A DNA stretch of 64,000 nt. It comes from Candidatus Poribacteria bacterium. GTDB taxonomy: Bacteria; Poribacteria; WGA-4E; JAJDTR01. Under the pieces are notes generated by a model. It saw only the letters and a list, made by a program, of their open reading frames with translations. It made no database searches and was not told the DNA's origin. Positions 30,315 through 40,961 of this stretch are shown here, piece after piece. Where the stretch lies: contig CBDCTK010000002.1 in assembly GCA_965222225.1 (NCBI GenBank), forward strand, positions 2,112,001 to 2,176,000, given 5' to 3'. A program made the position numbers and the translations under genes. Numbering within the stretch: the stretch's first letter is position 1; each line of letters starts with the position of its first letter.

Positions 30315-31166
30315 ATGCGTGTGTACGCTCTGTCGGATCTCCATGTCGATTACAAATGTAACATGTCCCTCCTTCAAAAAATGTCCGACATTGAGTATGT
30401 AGACGATGCACTCTTACTGGCTGGCGATATTAGCGATGATTTGGACCAACTGAAGACCTGCCTTGCCGGATTACGCGCGAAGTTCCGGTGCGTATTTTTC
30501 GTGCCCGGCAATCATGACCTGTGGCTACGGCGGAAGGAATATGTTGACTCGATAGCGAAGTTCTGGAGTATTTTGCACCTCTGCCAATCGTTAAATGTGG
30601 AAATATGCCCTGCCAAGATTGGGTATTCGAAAGATACTACCGGTGTCTGGATTGTGCCGCTTTATTCATGGTACGTGAAGCCTGAGGAGGGAGATTGCAG
30701 CCTATACGCTCCCAAGGCGGGCGATGACCCGACGCTGTCGATGTGGAGCGACAATCGCTTCACCCGGTGGCCAACCACCAAGAACGGCGCACCGACAGCA
30801 GACTATTTCCTGCGCTTAAACGAGAAAAACATCCGCCGAACCTATGATGCACCGGTCATCTCCTTTAGCCATTTTCTGCCTCGGACGGATCTTATGTTCA
30901 GCGCAGAGCGCGAGAAAAATGCCGCTGGAACACGACGCAAAGATCGGCATCCGAGGTTCAATTTCAGCCGTGTCGCCGGATGCACCTGCCTCGAAAAGCA
31001 AATTCGACAACTCAACTCCACGGTCCATGTGTACGGACATCAACACCGCGATCGATTTCGACGAGTCAATGACATACTCTACGTCTCACACTGCCTCGGT
31101 TATCCCCACGATCGAACCCCTGAACCGAATGGCGAAATCAACGTGGTGCCTAAATTGATTTGGTAG
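30315..31166 (+). CDS. Calcineurin-like metallophosphoesterase
   Basis: SDLH, AGD, GNHD, SHF and GHQH motifs. Confidence 0.9.
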   Translation: MRVYALSDLHVDYKCNMSLLQKMSDIEYVDDALLLAGDISDDLDQLKTCLAGLRAKFRCVFFVPGNHDLWLRRKEYVDSIAKFWSILHLCQSLNVEICPAKIGYSKDTTGVWIVPLYSWYVKPEEGDCSLYAPKAGDDPTLSMWSDNRFTRWPTTKNGAPTADYFLRLNEKNIRRTYDAPVISFSHFLPRTDLMFSAEREKNAAGTRRKDRHPRFNFSRVAGCTCLEKQIRQLNSTVHVYGHQHRDRFRRVNDILYVSHCLGYPHDRTPEPNGEINVVPKLIW

Positions 31167-31282
31167 GCCTAAAAGTTGTAGCCATACTCCGTATGCCGTA
31201 ACCGTGGAACATACATACTATTGTTGCATTAGGCCGTTGTTTATTCAGCCACCAGTTTTATCAGAATAGAAAGAAAGCCATT

Positions 31283-32692
31283 TTGATAAAGCCCCAGCAT
31301 ATCTGTTGCTTCCTAACTAAAATCCTGGTTGTCCTGCTTTCATTGTCGCAACTAGAACAAACGGCAGTGAGCCAATCAAAATCAGAACTGCAAACGGATC
31401 TTGCAGTTTCTCGGAGGAATGCGCTTGTCCGTGCGGTGGAGAAAGCCAGTCCCGCGGTTGTCAATATTAGCACGATTACAACACGGCAAGTCAGAACGCC
31501 TTCATTCTTTGATGACCCTTGGGCGCCTTTTTTCGATTTTCCTTTCGAGATCCCACGACAGCGACAGCTTAATGGACTCGGCTCGGGAGTAATCATTGAC
31601 AAGAATGGCTATGTGCTAACAAATCAACATGTGATTGCGGGAGCAGATGAAACACGTGTAATTCTCTCAGACGGACGAGAGTTCGAGGCAACGGTTGTTG
31701 GGGAGGATTATCTCTCGGATCTTGCATTGTTGGAAATTGAGGCGCCGAATCTTACGCAGATTGAGTTTGGTGATTCAGACAACCTACTTGTAGGAGAATG
31801 GGCTATTGCAATCGGTCACCCGTTTGCAGTAACAGGCGGCGACCCGCAACCGACTGTCACTATCGGAGTGGTTAGTGCCACTAACCGTGCCATCAAGATT
31901 GACGACAGACTGTATCAGCGGCTCATTCAGACAGACGCTTCAATTAACCCGGGCAACAGCGGAGGAGCGCTTGTGGACATGTACGGAAAACTCATCGGAA
32001 TCAACGCGGCAATCCATTCGACGAGCCGCGGTTCACAGGGCGTTGGATTTGCAATCCCGGTAAATACCGCAAGCCAGATAATCGAACTACTCGCTTCGTA
32101 TGGAGCAGTCGTACCCCCATACCTCGGCATTGAAACACAGGCGTTGACACCGGAGTTGGCTGAAAAACTCGGTCTAGGCAATCGAATGGGAGTGTTGGTG
32201 ACCTCAGTGGAAAAGGGCAGCCCCGCGAAAAACGCCGGTATCAAACGCAGTGACGTGATTGAAGCAGTCAATCAACAACCAACACCAAACCTGGCGGCGT
32301 TCAATTCAATCACAAGGTTGCTGGAAAAAGATCAATCGGTTACAGTCCAACTCATCAGAAATCGGAATCGCAAAGATGTGGCACTCTCAATTCGCGAGCT
32401 TCAGTGGTCGTACAACGTACCCGGTTGGGGAATCACTATTGAGCAATTGGACCGCGAAACTTCCCGGAAGTACCAGCAACGCGGGGTTCTCGTTACCAAA
32501 GTCGATCGCCGTAGTACACTTGCGGAACTATTGGAGGAGAAGGATTTGCTCTACAGAATCAACGACTCGATAATCGGTTCAATCGAAGACTTCAAGCGCA
32601 GTATCAATCAATTGCAACGGCAGCAACGGATTACGCTCTATTTTGAGCGAGATGGAGAGAGATTGGGATCGCGCAACTTAATAATCCAGTAG
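31283..32692 (+). CDS. DegP/HtrA serine protease with two PDZ domains
   Basis: TNQHV, DLA and INPGNSGG catalytic triad. Confidence 0.93.
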   Translation: MIKPQHICCFLTKILVVLLSLSQLEQTAVSQSKSELQTDLAVSRRNALVRAVEKASPAVVNISTITTRQVRTPSFFDDPWAPFFDFPFEIPRQRQLNGLGSGVIIDKNGYVLTNQHVIAGADETRVILSDGREFEATVVGEDYLSDLALLEIEAPNLTQIEFGDSDNLLVGEWAIAIGHPFAVTGGDPQPTVTIGVVSATNRAIKIDDRLYQRLIQTDASINPGNSGGALVDMYGKLIGINAAIHSTSRGSQGVGFAIPVNTASQIIELLASYGAVVPPYLGIETQALTPELAEKLGLGNRMGVLVTSVEKGSPAKNAGIKRSDVIEAVNQQPTPNLAAFNSITRLLEKDQSVTVQLIRNRNRKDVALSIRELQWSYNVPGWGITIEQLDRETSRKYQQRGVLVTKVDRRSTLAELLEEKDLLYRINDSIIGSIEDFKRSINQLQRQQRITLYFERDGERLGSRNLIIQ

Positions 32693-32829
32693 GGGTTTGT
32701 ACTGTAGAATTGAGACGAAGGAAAGCTCTTTCTGTGAGTTAGCTTGAAATACGATTTATCGTTACAAAGGATGCTGGTGAGTCGACTACCGATGCTACAT
32801 CGGAAAGCCCTGACGGATACTACAAAAAG

Positions 32830-33558
32830 GTGAAAAACATGCGCTTGCAACTGCCAACAATAATCGTGCTGTGCTTTGCCCTGGTCCTCATTGTTCCACT
32901 TATCTATTTCATTGGAATAAAGGATGATGGAACAAGAGAAAGTATAAACCTACAAAGCGCCGAATTTAAGATGATGCGGACTCATGCGACGAATGCTTAC
33001 AACGCTAAGGATTACGAGAAAGCAATTGCACTTTACGAAGAAGCGATAACGATGCGGCCCGAAAATGCGGAAGTGCTTAACGACCTTGGTGCGACCTACT
33101 ACGCATACGGTTTGGAATATGGGGGGCCCAGTTGGCCGTCGTGGGAAAGCGACTTGGAAGGGAAAACGGTAACCGAAGGAATTGATGAACTGCAGAGCGC
33201 CGTCACACATACGGAATCAGGTTATATTCGGTTGAAGTCGGCAGATCGAAAAATGACCGAAGCAATAGAACAGAAGGCGAAAGAACTTGGTGCAATTGTT
33301 TACACCGAAATGTGGGAGGACCGAGCGACAATTGGTATTTTAATCGGCAAAACACAGCAATTCTTGATGAAAGCCCAAGACGCCTATGTGCGCGCCATTG
33401 AACTTAAACCAACCTATAGCCCGGCTTACCACAACCTTGGTTCTCTACTCATGAAGATAAATCGGACCGACTCCGCCGTCAATTATCTACGCCAAGCCCA
33501 CGACTTGGATCCACGCGACAAAAAGCTTGAACAATATCTTACACAGTTCAAGAGATGA
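32830..33558 (+). CDS. Membrane-anchored TPR protein
   Basis: N-terminal TM helix; TPR motifs near both ends. Confidence 0.8.
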   Translation: MKNMRLQLPTIIVLCFALVLIVPLIYFIGIKDDGTRESINLQSAEFKMMRTHATNAYNAKDYEKAIALYEEAITMRPENAEVLNDLGATYYAYGLEYGGPSWPSWESDLEGKTVTEGIDELQSAVTHTESGYIRLKSADRKMTEAIEQKAKELGAIVYTEMWEDRATIGILIGKTQQFLMKAQDAYVRAIELKPTYSPAYHNLGSLLMKINRTDSAVNYLRQAHDLDPRDKKLEQYLTQFKR

Positions 33559-33567
33559 TTCGAAACT

Positions 33568-34350
33568 ATGAGCGACGATTCTCAAAACAGCTTCCGGGTG
33601 CTGACAGTCGGAGGCATTTTTCGCGAGTCGCTTGTGCTCTACCGTGAGACGTGGACGCAGCTACTCGGCATTGTTGCGCCGTGCTCAATCATCAGCGCGG
33701 TGGTTTACTTTTTCATCTTCGGCCAGCAATCTAACCACACTCATACGTCTTCTGACCCCACAACTGGCCTGGCGATGCTGTCGTTTGTTGGGTTAGTGAT
33801 TTTCCTTTCTTACGCAGGAATAGCTCTTGGAACCATTATAATCTCAGAGCGTTTCTCGGGAGAAGCAGGTTCCATTGGTAAAGCATACCTGCGAATTGCC
33901 GATGTGTTTTTCCCATTACTAGGGACTTTGGCCTTCACATCAATAGCCATCGTCGCAGGATTATTCACACTCGTCATTCCGGGGCTGGTTGTGTACGGTT
34001 GGTTCTGTTTGGCGCCCGCAGTGGTTACGATTGAAGGTGAAGGCGGAATTGGCGCCCTCAAGAGAAGTTATGTGATTGTCAAGGGATATTGGAATAAGGC
34101 ATTCTTTGTCGTTGTACTATTGGCAATCCTGCAACTTATTGTTGCGTCGCTCATATTTTCGTTATCCAAGATGCTTGAGGTATTCGCCGGCATCACTGCA
34201 GTATCCGAGTTCCTATCCATCCTGTTGCCACTTCTCATTATCGAACCGTTCAAAATTGCTACAACAACCCTGTTGTATTATGACCTCCGCATCCGCAAAG
34301 AAGGATATACCATTCAGACCATGGCGGACGAAATCGGAGCGCTATCTTAA
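33568..34350 (+). CDS. Integral membrane protein (GPDPase-membrane-domain/DUF975-like)
   Basis: About 6 TM segments; ALKRS and LLYYDLRIRKEG motifs. Confidence 0.8.
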   Translation: MSDDSQNSFRVLTVGGIFRESLVLYRETWTQLLGIVAPCSIISAVVYFFIFGQQSNHTHTSSDPTTGLAMLSFVGLVIFLSYAGIALGTIIISERFSGEAGSIGKAYLRIADVFFPLLGTLAFTSIAIVAGLFTLVIPGLVVYGWFCLAPAVVTIEGEGGIGALKRSYVIVKGYWNKAFFVVVLLAILQLIVASLIFSLSKMLEVFAGITAVSEFLSILLPLLIIEPFKIATTTLLYYDLRIRKEGYTIQTMADEIGALS

Positions 34351-34510
34351 ATGTCGGTGCCGTTAGACTTTCCCGTTTCCATTATAACATACGTCCTATT
34401 GCCAACAACGTGTGGTATCACCCGCACGCATGGTGTCATCGGACCACTATCCATACCAGTCGCTATTATTCGTAATTAGCTTCAAAACGGTGGCTACCGG
34501 GGAGCGATGT

Positions 34511-37096
34511 ATGACCCATCAAAGCGCCAAGATGTTCCAGCTTCTTAGAAAACTCGTGGAGCGTTGCCGTGTCTGGCTGAGAGCGAAACGCCACAGAGAA
34601 GAGAAGCGGTCTCTGCTTAACAGCCTTAAGGAGTGTTTTGAACGAGACTTTCTTAACGCTTCCGACTTCTATCGCGCAAAGTGTACTGACCATATATCTG
34701 CTGAGGAGTATGAGACAGAAAAAACCAATTTCGTGCGTGCATGGGTTACGAATCTGTTGGACAACAGTCCAGACCCCGAGCAGGCGGCGGCTATCGGTGC
34801 TGTTGAAGGACATGTGCAAGTCGTGGCGCGCGCCGGGAGTGGCAAAACCACCACCTTGGTCAACCGTGCGCTGTTCCTACAACGACTCTGCGGAGTAAAG
34901 CCCGACGAGATGCTACTTCTTGCCTTCAATCGCAACGCGGCTGAGGAGATGCAGATGCGCCTCGCCTCATATCTGCAAGGTTCCATTCCCCACGTTATGA
35001 CCTTCCATGCCTTGGCTTATGCACTGACTCACCCTAAAGCAATAATTGTTGACGAGCCTGATGGAGAGCAGAACCAAGAGCGTGCCTTGCAAGACGAGAT
35101 TGACCAATACCTGCGGGCTTCCAAGAATGTCGATAAGATTCGTCCATTGATGATGGCGCACTTCCGATCCGACTGGGGACGCATCGTTTCAGGCGGCTAC
35201 AATAGGCCTCCTGAAGAGATGATGCGTTTTCGTCGATCATTGCCTCATGAAACACTTGATGGGAAATACGTTAAATCGTCTGGAGAAAAAGTTATCGCCA
35301 ACTTCCTGTTTGAACACGACATTAGGTACCAATATGAGCGGAATTTCTGGTGGAACGATGTCAATTATCGTCCTGACTTTACCATTTTCACCGGAGAAAA
35401 CAGTGGAATGGTCATCGAATACATCGGACTTGAAGGCGATCCCGACTACGATGCTATGTCGGAGGAAAAACGCAGTTACTGGCATAACAAGCCCGATTGG
35501 GAGTTGTTAGAGTTTTTCCCGCATAACCTCGAAAACGACGGAGAGGAAGGGTTTTGCGCTCTACTGAAACAAGAACTTGAATCCTGTGGTATTTCGTGCG
35601 CTCGACTCAGCGAGGAAGAATTATGGAATCTGATTAAAGACCGTGCCATAGATCGTTTCACGAGAGTAGTAAAGCGCTTCATACAGCGGGCGCGAAAACT
35701 CTCCTTGACACCGGAGGAACTCTCGGAAATGGTAAATAACCACGAATGTACTAATGAGGTAGAGCGGCAATTCTTAAATGTCGCACAAGAGTTTTATGCC
35801 GCTTATCTCCAGCACATCAAAGCGACGGGAAAGCAGGATTTTGACGGACTCCTCCAAGAAGCGGCGCGGCAGGTTGTGAACGGTGCAACCGTATTTCGGC
35901 GAAAAACCGGCATTGGCGGCCTCAGGAAGATGCGCCATGTGCTTATTGACGAATATCAAGATTTCTCGGAACTTTTCCATCGTCTGATGATGGCGGTTCG
36001 AGAACAGAATCCTCAAGCACGCTTTTTCTGTGTTGGTGACGATTGGCAAGCCATTAACGGCTTTGCCGGTTCCGACCTTCGTTTCTTCCAAGATTTCACA
36101 CAATATTTCCCGGATTCTCGCATGTTACATGTGGCAACCAATTACCGGTCCGGAAAATCAATCGTCAATGTCGGCAATGCATTGATGAAAGGCTCCGGCA
36201 AACCTGCCCGTGCGCAAAAAAAAATGACTGGGCAGGTAGAAATTGTCGACCTTGTCACCTTTAAACCAACTCTGCGAGAGGAACGAGAACACCCGGGAGA
36301 TCACTTTACTCCCGCCGTATTGCGTCTAGTGAACAAGGCTCTCGCGAGCGACAAGAACATTGTCTTGCTTGCCCGTAAAAATCACCTGCCTTGGTACATA
36401 GATTATAAAGATCAGGAAAATTCATCAATTAAAAGTGGCCTCGACTGCTTCCTTGCAATGGTACGTGCGTTTCTTCCTGAGGAACACAAGGCAAAAGTCA
36501 CTGCATCAACGGTCCACAGCTACAAGGGCCTTGAACAGGATGTCGTTATCGTACTTGACGCCGTGCAGCATTGTTTTCCATTACTACATTCCGAGTTGAT
36601 TTTTACCCGCATTTTCGGCGACAACCTTGAGAAAGTCACCGCCGAAGAGCGTCGTCTTTTTTATGTGGCGTTGACCCGGGCCGTTGAAGATTTGTTTATT
36701 CTGACAGAAACAGGGGATGTTTCTCCATTTCTTGAGGATTTGGAAAAATACATTAGACTCTCCAAGCTAAAATGGTCGGATTATCCCCCGATGGTGGGTG
36801 AAATGAAGTATTTCGCCATCCGGATAGGCAATCAATACGGACGTGGCCCCAAGCCCACTATGGCAATCAGGGAATTGCTCAAAGCTGAAGGATACCGTTG
36901 GGACAATAAATTGAAGACATGGTACATTATGCGTCCTGCGGAGGGGTTTTCAATAAAGGATTTCGCTGATCAGAGTGGCTGGAGTGATTCTGCTGCTGGA
37001 ATCGAGGTGCAGTTCTGTGACGATTTGGACAACGAGATTGCAAGATACAACGTCGATCACGGAAAATGGCGATGTATCAGTGGCGATATTTCATGA
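34511..37096 (+). CDS. UvrD/REP superfamily 1 helicase (helicase IV/HelD-like) with an inserted PD-(D/E)XK-like domain
   Basis: ARAGSGKT, TFH, DEYQD, VGDDWQAINGFAGS, NYRS, TVHSYKGLE, EERRLFYVALTRA; insert KSSGEKVIANFLF...YRPDF...IEY. Confidence 0.92.
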   Translation: MTHQSAKMFQLLRKLVERCRVWLRAKRHREEKRSLLNSLKECFERDFLNASDFYRAKCTDHISAEEYETEKTNFVRAWVTNLLDNSPDPEQAAAIGAVEGHVQVVARAGSGKTTTLVNRALFLQRLCGVKPDEMLLLAFNRNAAEEMQMRLASYLQGSIPHVMTFHALAYALTHPKAIIVDEPDGEQNQERALQDEIDQYLRASKNVDKIRPLMMAHFRSDWGRIVSGGYNRPPEEMMRFRRSLPHETLDGKYVKSSGEKVIANFLFEHDIRYQYERNFWWNDVNYRPDFTIFTGENSGMVIEYIGLEGDPDYDAMSEEKRSYWHNKPDWELLEFFPHNLENDGEEGFCALLKQELESCGISCARLSEEELWNLIKDRAIDRFTRVVKRFIQRARKLSLTPEELSEMVNNHECTNEVERQFLNVAQEFYAAYLQHIKATGKQDFDGLLQEAARQVVNGATVFRRKTGIGGLRKMRHVLIDEYQDFSELFHRLMMAVREQNPQARFFCVGDDWQAINGFAGSDLRFFQDFTQYFPDSRMLHVATNYRSGKSIVNVGNALMKGSGKPARAQKKMTGQVEIVDLVTFKPTLREEREHPGDHFTPAVLRLVNKALASDKNIVLLARKNHLPWYIDYKDQENSSIKSGLDCFLAMVRAFLPEEHKAKVTASTVHSYKGLEQDVVIVLDAVQHCFPLLHSELIFTRIFGDNLEKVTAEERRLFYVALTRAVEDLFILTETGDVSPFLEDLEKYIRLSKLKWSDYPPMVGEMKYFAIRIGNQYGRGPKPTMAIRELLKAEGYRWDNKLKTWYIMRPAEGFSIKDFADQSGWSDSAAGIEVQFCDDLDNEIARYNVDHGKWRCISGDIS

Positions 37097-37198
37097 ATCT
37101 CTCATCGGACACTTAATTGCTGCAATCTGGGATTTGTAAGAATCGGACGACAAACCGACACGTTAAGTGCAAACAAGAAACCTCGTCTTGTTCCTTTG

Positions 37199-37477
37199 GA
37201 GCCTTTTTGAAATGTACATCTGTAGGGTGCGATTAACGGAGCGAAAAGCGACTGCGATAGAGATCTCCTGCGATCCAGCGACTGGATAAGGAGCGCGATA
37301 GAACTCTTACCAGCCTCTAAAAGCCCCCACGGGGCGGAAGGTGTATAGAAACGCCAGAACCCCGTGCACCTAAGCCCCAGCGGGGCGACAGGTACGTAGC
37401 ATACAACAATAAATTCATGAATAAACTTCCTATAAAAGACCAAAAATTGCTCTGCTACCGATTATTCAAACAAAATC
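37199..37477. mobile_element. MITE (GAGCCTGTTTGAA-type TIR family)
   Basis: GAGCCTTTTTGAA ... TTCAAACAAAATC|tta; internal homology to 26496-26690. Confidence 0.8.
37230..37307 (+). repeat. Tandem GA-tandem hairpin cassettes I and J
   Basis: I: CG ga GC gaaaa GC ga CT. J: GC ga CT ggata AG ga GC. Confidence 0.85.
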
Positions 37478-37566
37478 TTAGGCGTTCGTTGTCCGAACAT
37501 TATTGGGAGCTACATGGTGGCCAAAGAGCATAGGAGTTCATAGATGTTGACATCAGGAGACTGCGT

Positions 37567-38946
37567 TTGATGGATACGAACTCCAAACTATCACGGTTAC
37601 TTGAGACACTCGTGAATCGTTGGAACTCCTGGGATGAGTATAGCGAATACTATATTGAATTAGCTATCAAACTAGTGGCAAATCCTGACGCGTCGTCCAT
37701 TACGTGGGAAAAAAAGTTGTTCCGTGAAATGAAGCGGGAACTTGCTCCAGAGGATCTGAAAAACCTGGGAAAATACATTCAACAGTCCTTATCTGCAGTT
37801 CGGTATGCCGAGAAAAAACGCCGAGAAGCAGTACGCCGCAGAGAGGAAGCACTCAAGCGCGAACAGGAGCGTGCTGCGAAAAAACGTCGAGACAGGGAAC
37901 GCTTGTTGAAGAAGCAGCGCCAGGAAGCAGCGTACCGAAGAAGTTTAGCACGAAAACACGAACGAGAACGTGCTGAGAAAGAACGTCAGGAACGAGCTCG
38001 TCGAGAAAATGAAAAACGCGGGTTGCTAAAGAATCTGAAGGAGCATTTTGAACAAGACTTCCTCAACGCTGACCGCTTCTATCAAGATCGATGTACCAAT
38101 CACATATCGTTTGAGGAGTATGAGACTGAAAAAATCACCTTTGTGCAATCTTGGGCGGAAAATTATAGTTTAGACCCGATGCCAGACGAGGAACAAGCGG
38201 CGGCAATTAGCGCTGTCGAAGGTAATATTCAAGTAGTAGCTCGGGCAGGCAGCGGCAAGACGGCGACCTTGGTCAACCGTGCGCTGTTCTTGCAGGAGCA
38301 CTGTGGCGTATCGCCTGACCAGATGTTACTCTTGGCGTTTAATCGTAAGGCTGCGTATGAGATGCGAGATCGCATTGCTTCATTCGTACAAGAATCTACG
38401 CCTCACGTAATGACGTTTCATGCACTAGCTTTTGCGATGGTTCAACCTGAAAAGATCCTATTAGACGAACCTGATGGCGAACAGAGCCAAAGCCGCGTTC
38501 TGCAAGGCGTGGTTGACAGCTATTTACGCAATCCTGTCTATTACGACAGGATTCGTGATTTGATGATGAAACACTTTCGCACCGACTGGGAACGTATTGT
38601 CTCAGGTGGGTACGATAGAACGCTGAACGAGATGCTGCGCTATCGCCGGTCGTTGCGCTGTGAAACGCTTGATGGCAAGCCCGTGAAATCGTATGGCGAA
38701 AAAGCTATTGCGAACTTCCTATTTGAACACAGCATCAAATACAAATATGAACCGCTTTTCTGGTGGGGCCCGAAAAAACGCCACCCTTACCATCCAGACT
38801 TCACTATACCTCGTTATAAGGTGGCAATTGAATACTTTGGTCTTAGTGGTAATCCTGGTTATGACAAGATGTCCGAGGAAAAGCGCAATTATTGGCGAAA
38901 TAAACCTAACTGGCGACTACTTGATTACGGAATTAGTAGCTTGTAG
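37567..38946 (+). pseudogene. Second HelD-like helicase paralog, truncated by IS insertion at 38929
   Basis: Colinear with the 34511 gene up to WRNKPNWRLLDY; the final GISSL* is IS-derived and motifs II-VI are missing. Confidence 0.88.
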
Positions 38947-40175
38947 CTTTTAGACTGACGACAAACATAAAACTTGGTACCCTGTCGTAAATCTTTTCGT
39001 CACACGTAGATGTCCATAGTGACTATTCTTCTCGTAGGAGTTTGCTATGGACATTTTGAATCTTATGAAAGAGTTTCCAAATCAAGAATCTTGTCTCAGA
39101 TTTATAGAGGAAAAACGTTGGAAGGACGGTGTTTGCTGTATCCACTGTGGCAGTGAAAAAGTTGGACGCAAGAACAAAAACGACATTACTACTGGTTGGA
39201 ATTGCTACGATTGTGAATCTAGCTTTTCGGCTACAGCAGGAACCATCTTCCATGGTACCAAGATACCTCTCCAGAAATGGTTTTTGGCTATCTCAATTCT
39301 TTCCAATGCCAAGAAAAGCATATCGAGTTGTCAGCTTGCTCGTGACTTGGACATGAATCAAAAGTCCGCTTGGTATATGGCAATGCGCCTCCGTGAGAAA
39401 ATGAGTGATAGTGATGAATTGCTGAAAGGGATAGTTGAAGCGGACGAAACCTATGTCGGCGGCAAACCCAGAGCAAAATCTAAGAGAGGTAGAGGCACAA
39501 ATAAATCTCCCGTCATCGGCGTAGTCGAGAGAGGCGGTCGGGTGGTTGCTAAATTCATGAAGGTTCTATCTGGTGAAAATATCAGAGAATTCATCCTTAG
39601 CAATGTCTCACCCGATGAGTCTATTCTTATGACTGATGAATTTCGCTCTTACAATAGTCTGGACGAAGATATCGAAAGACATGTTATCCATCACCAAGAG
39701 AGATATGTTTCTGAGGACGGCGTAACTCACACCAACACCATCGAGTCGTTTTGGGCTTGTGTCAAGAGGTCATTCTACGGAACGCATCATCACTACAGCA
39801 AGAAGTGGCTGCCACTGTATATCATGGAGTCTTGCTGGAAATATAATCGCAGAAAAGATGATGAGATTTTCATAAGATTTTTTGATGAATGCTTCACCTG
39901 AGCCACATGAATTGTTTGGCTATCGGTATATTCTGTCAACGACAACATCATGGTGTGCTGAAAATCCCATAGTGTTGGAAATTAAAATCCCGCAGATAAC
40001 CCGCAATGCTCCCGCGAGCATGTACAAACGCTTGGTCAACATGATATGCCTCCATTTCTCTCTTATAGAGATGTATTTTAGTGTGAATCAAGATTCCGAA
40101 CACTGTCTAAAATGATTGTACATTAAGAAGAGAAAAGCAAGCAAATCGACCAAAAAGCAGTTAACTACTAAGTCC
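38929..40175. mobile_element. IS1595-family insertion sequence
   Basis: Imperfect 23-bp TIRs: GGAATTAGTAGCTTGTAGCTTTT and (reverse complement) GGACTTAGTAGTTAACTGCTTTT. Flanking 8-mers differ. Confidence 0.85.
39047..39901 (+). CDS. IS1595-family (ISXO2-like) DDE transposase
   Basis: Zn ribbon CxxC..CxxC; VEADETYVGG, TDE and HTNTIESFW motifs. Confidence 0.95.
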   Translation: MDILNLMKEFPNQESCLRFIEEKRWKDGVCCIHCGSEKVGRKNKNDITTGWNCYDCESSFSATAGTIFHGTKIPLQKWFLAISILSNAKKSISSCQLARDLDMNQKSAWYMAMRLREKMSDSDELLKGIVEADETYVGGKPRAKSKRGRGTNKSPVIGVVERGGRVVAKFMKVLSGENIREFILSNVSPDESILMTDEFRSYNSLDEDIERHVIHHQERYVSEDGVTHTNTIESFWACVKRSFYGTHHHYSKKWLPLYIMESCWKYNRRKDDEIFIRFFDECFT

Positions 40176-40749
40176 CAACTTGCATCGTCTGTGGCTTCCA
40201 CATACGTAATCGAGACAATCAACCGGTTGGAGACTGCGGGTATCCCCTTGCCGGTGGTAAGTTGCGTAGATACCGGACACCTTTTCCAAATTCATGAAAT
40301 TCCGCAGATGACGGAACTGTGCGTTGGGGCGTATGCGTTATTCGATTATTCTCACGTGTGCCGAAATGAATGCACACTTGCGGACTGCGCGCTGGTAGTC
40401 TTAGCGACCGTGATTGACACGCCGAGCAAGAATCTGGCAATTGTGAATGCCGGGACGAAAACTTTTACCAAGACTCATCCCATGCATACCGATTGGCTAC
40501 CAGCACCGTCTTGTCCTCTAGCTGGAGATAAGGCTGGGGAAGGTGTTCGGTGTGACCAAAAATAGCACTAGCGCGACGCTCTGTCATCTGACGGAAGCGT
40601 ACGGACATCTAAGCATGACGGACAATCAATTTATGGTTGGGGAGAAAGTGTGTATCATTCCGGCAAATTTAGAAGCAACAATCAGTGCTCACGACACATT
40701 TGCCTTTGTTCAAGACGATCGTGTGCTGGAGATATTGCCAATTCTGTAG
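40176..40749 (+). pseudogene. 5'-truncated, frameshifted D-threonine aldolase/DSD1-like (fold III PLP) remnant
   Basis: CALVVLATVI...NAGTK then GEKVCIIP...VQDDRVLEILPI in two frames (40116-40565 and 40543-40749). Confidence 0.7.
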
Positions 40750-40818
40750 TAGGCGCGCCTTGCTGTTGAAAGAGACTAAAGATGTAGAAGACAACCCGGA
40801 CGTAAAGGATAATCCTAT

Positions 40819-40846
40819 GTAGGGAATAACAATTGTTATTCCCTAC
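40819..40846. repeat. Perfect 28-bp GTAG-type palindrome (REP-like)
   Basis: GTAGGGAATAACAA-TTGTTATTCCCTAC. Confidence 0.75.
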
Positions 40847-40899
40847 TGAAAGCAAAGAATACTCACAGCTCTGCCGCAGGTGTATGTCACAGGATTTGC

Positions 40900-40928
40900 T
40901 TGCATCTCACTAAGTCTTGTGCTAAAAT
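40900..40928 (+). promoter_or_regulatory. sigma70-like promoter of the yebC-ruv cluster
   Basis: TTGCAT-N17-TAAAAT with an extended -10 TG. Confidence 0.5.
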
Positions 40929-40961
40929 ACGCATGGTTTCTAGTACGAAGGAGGAATGGTA

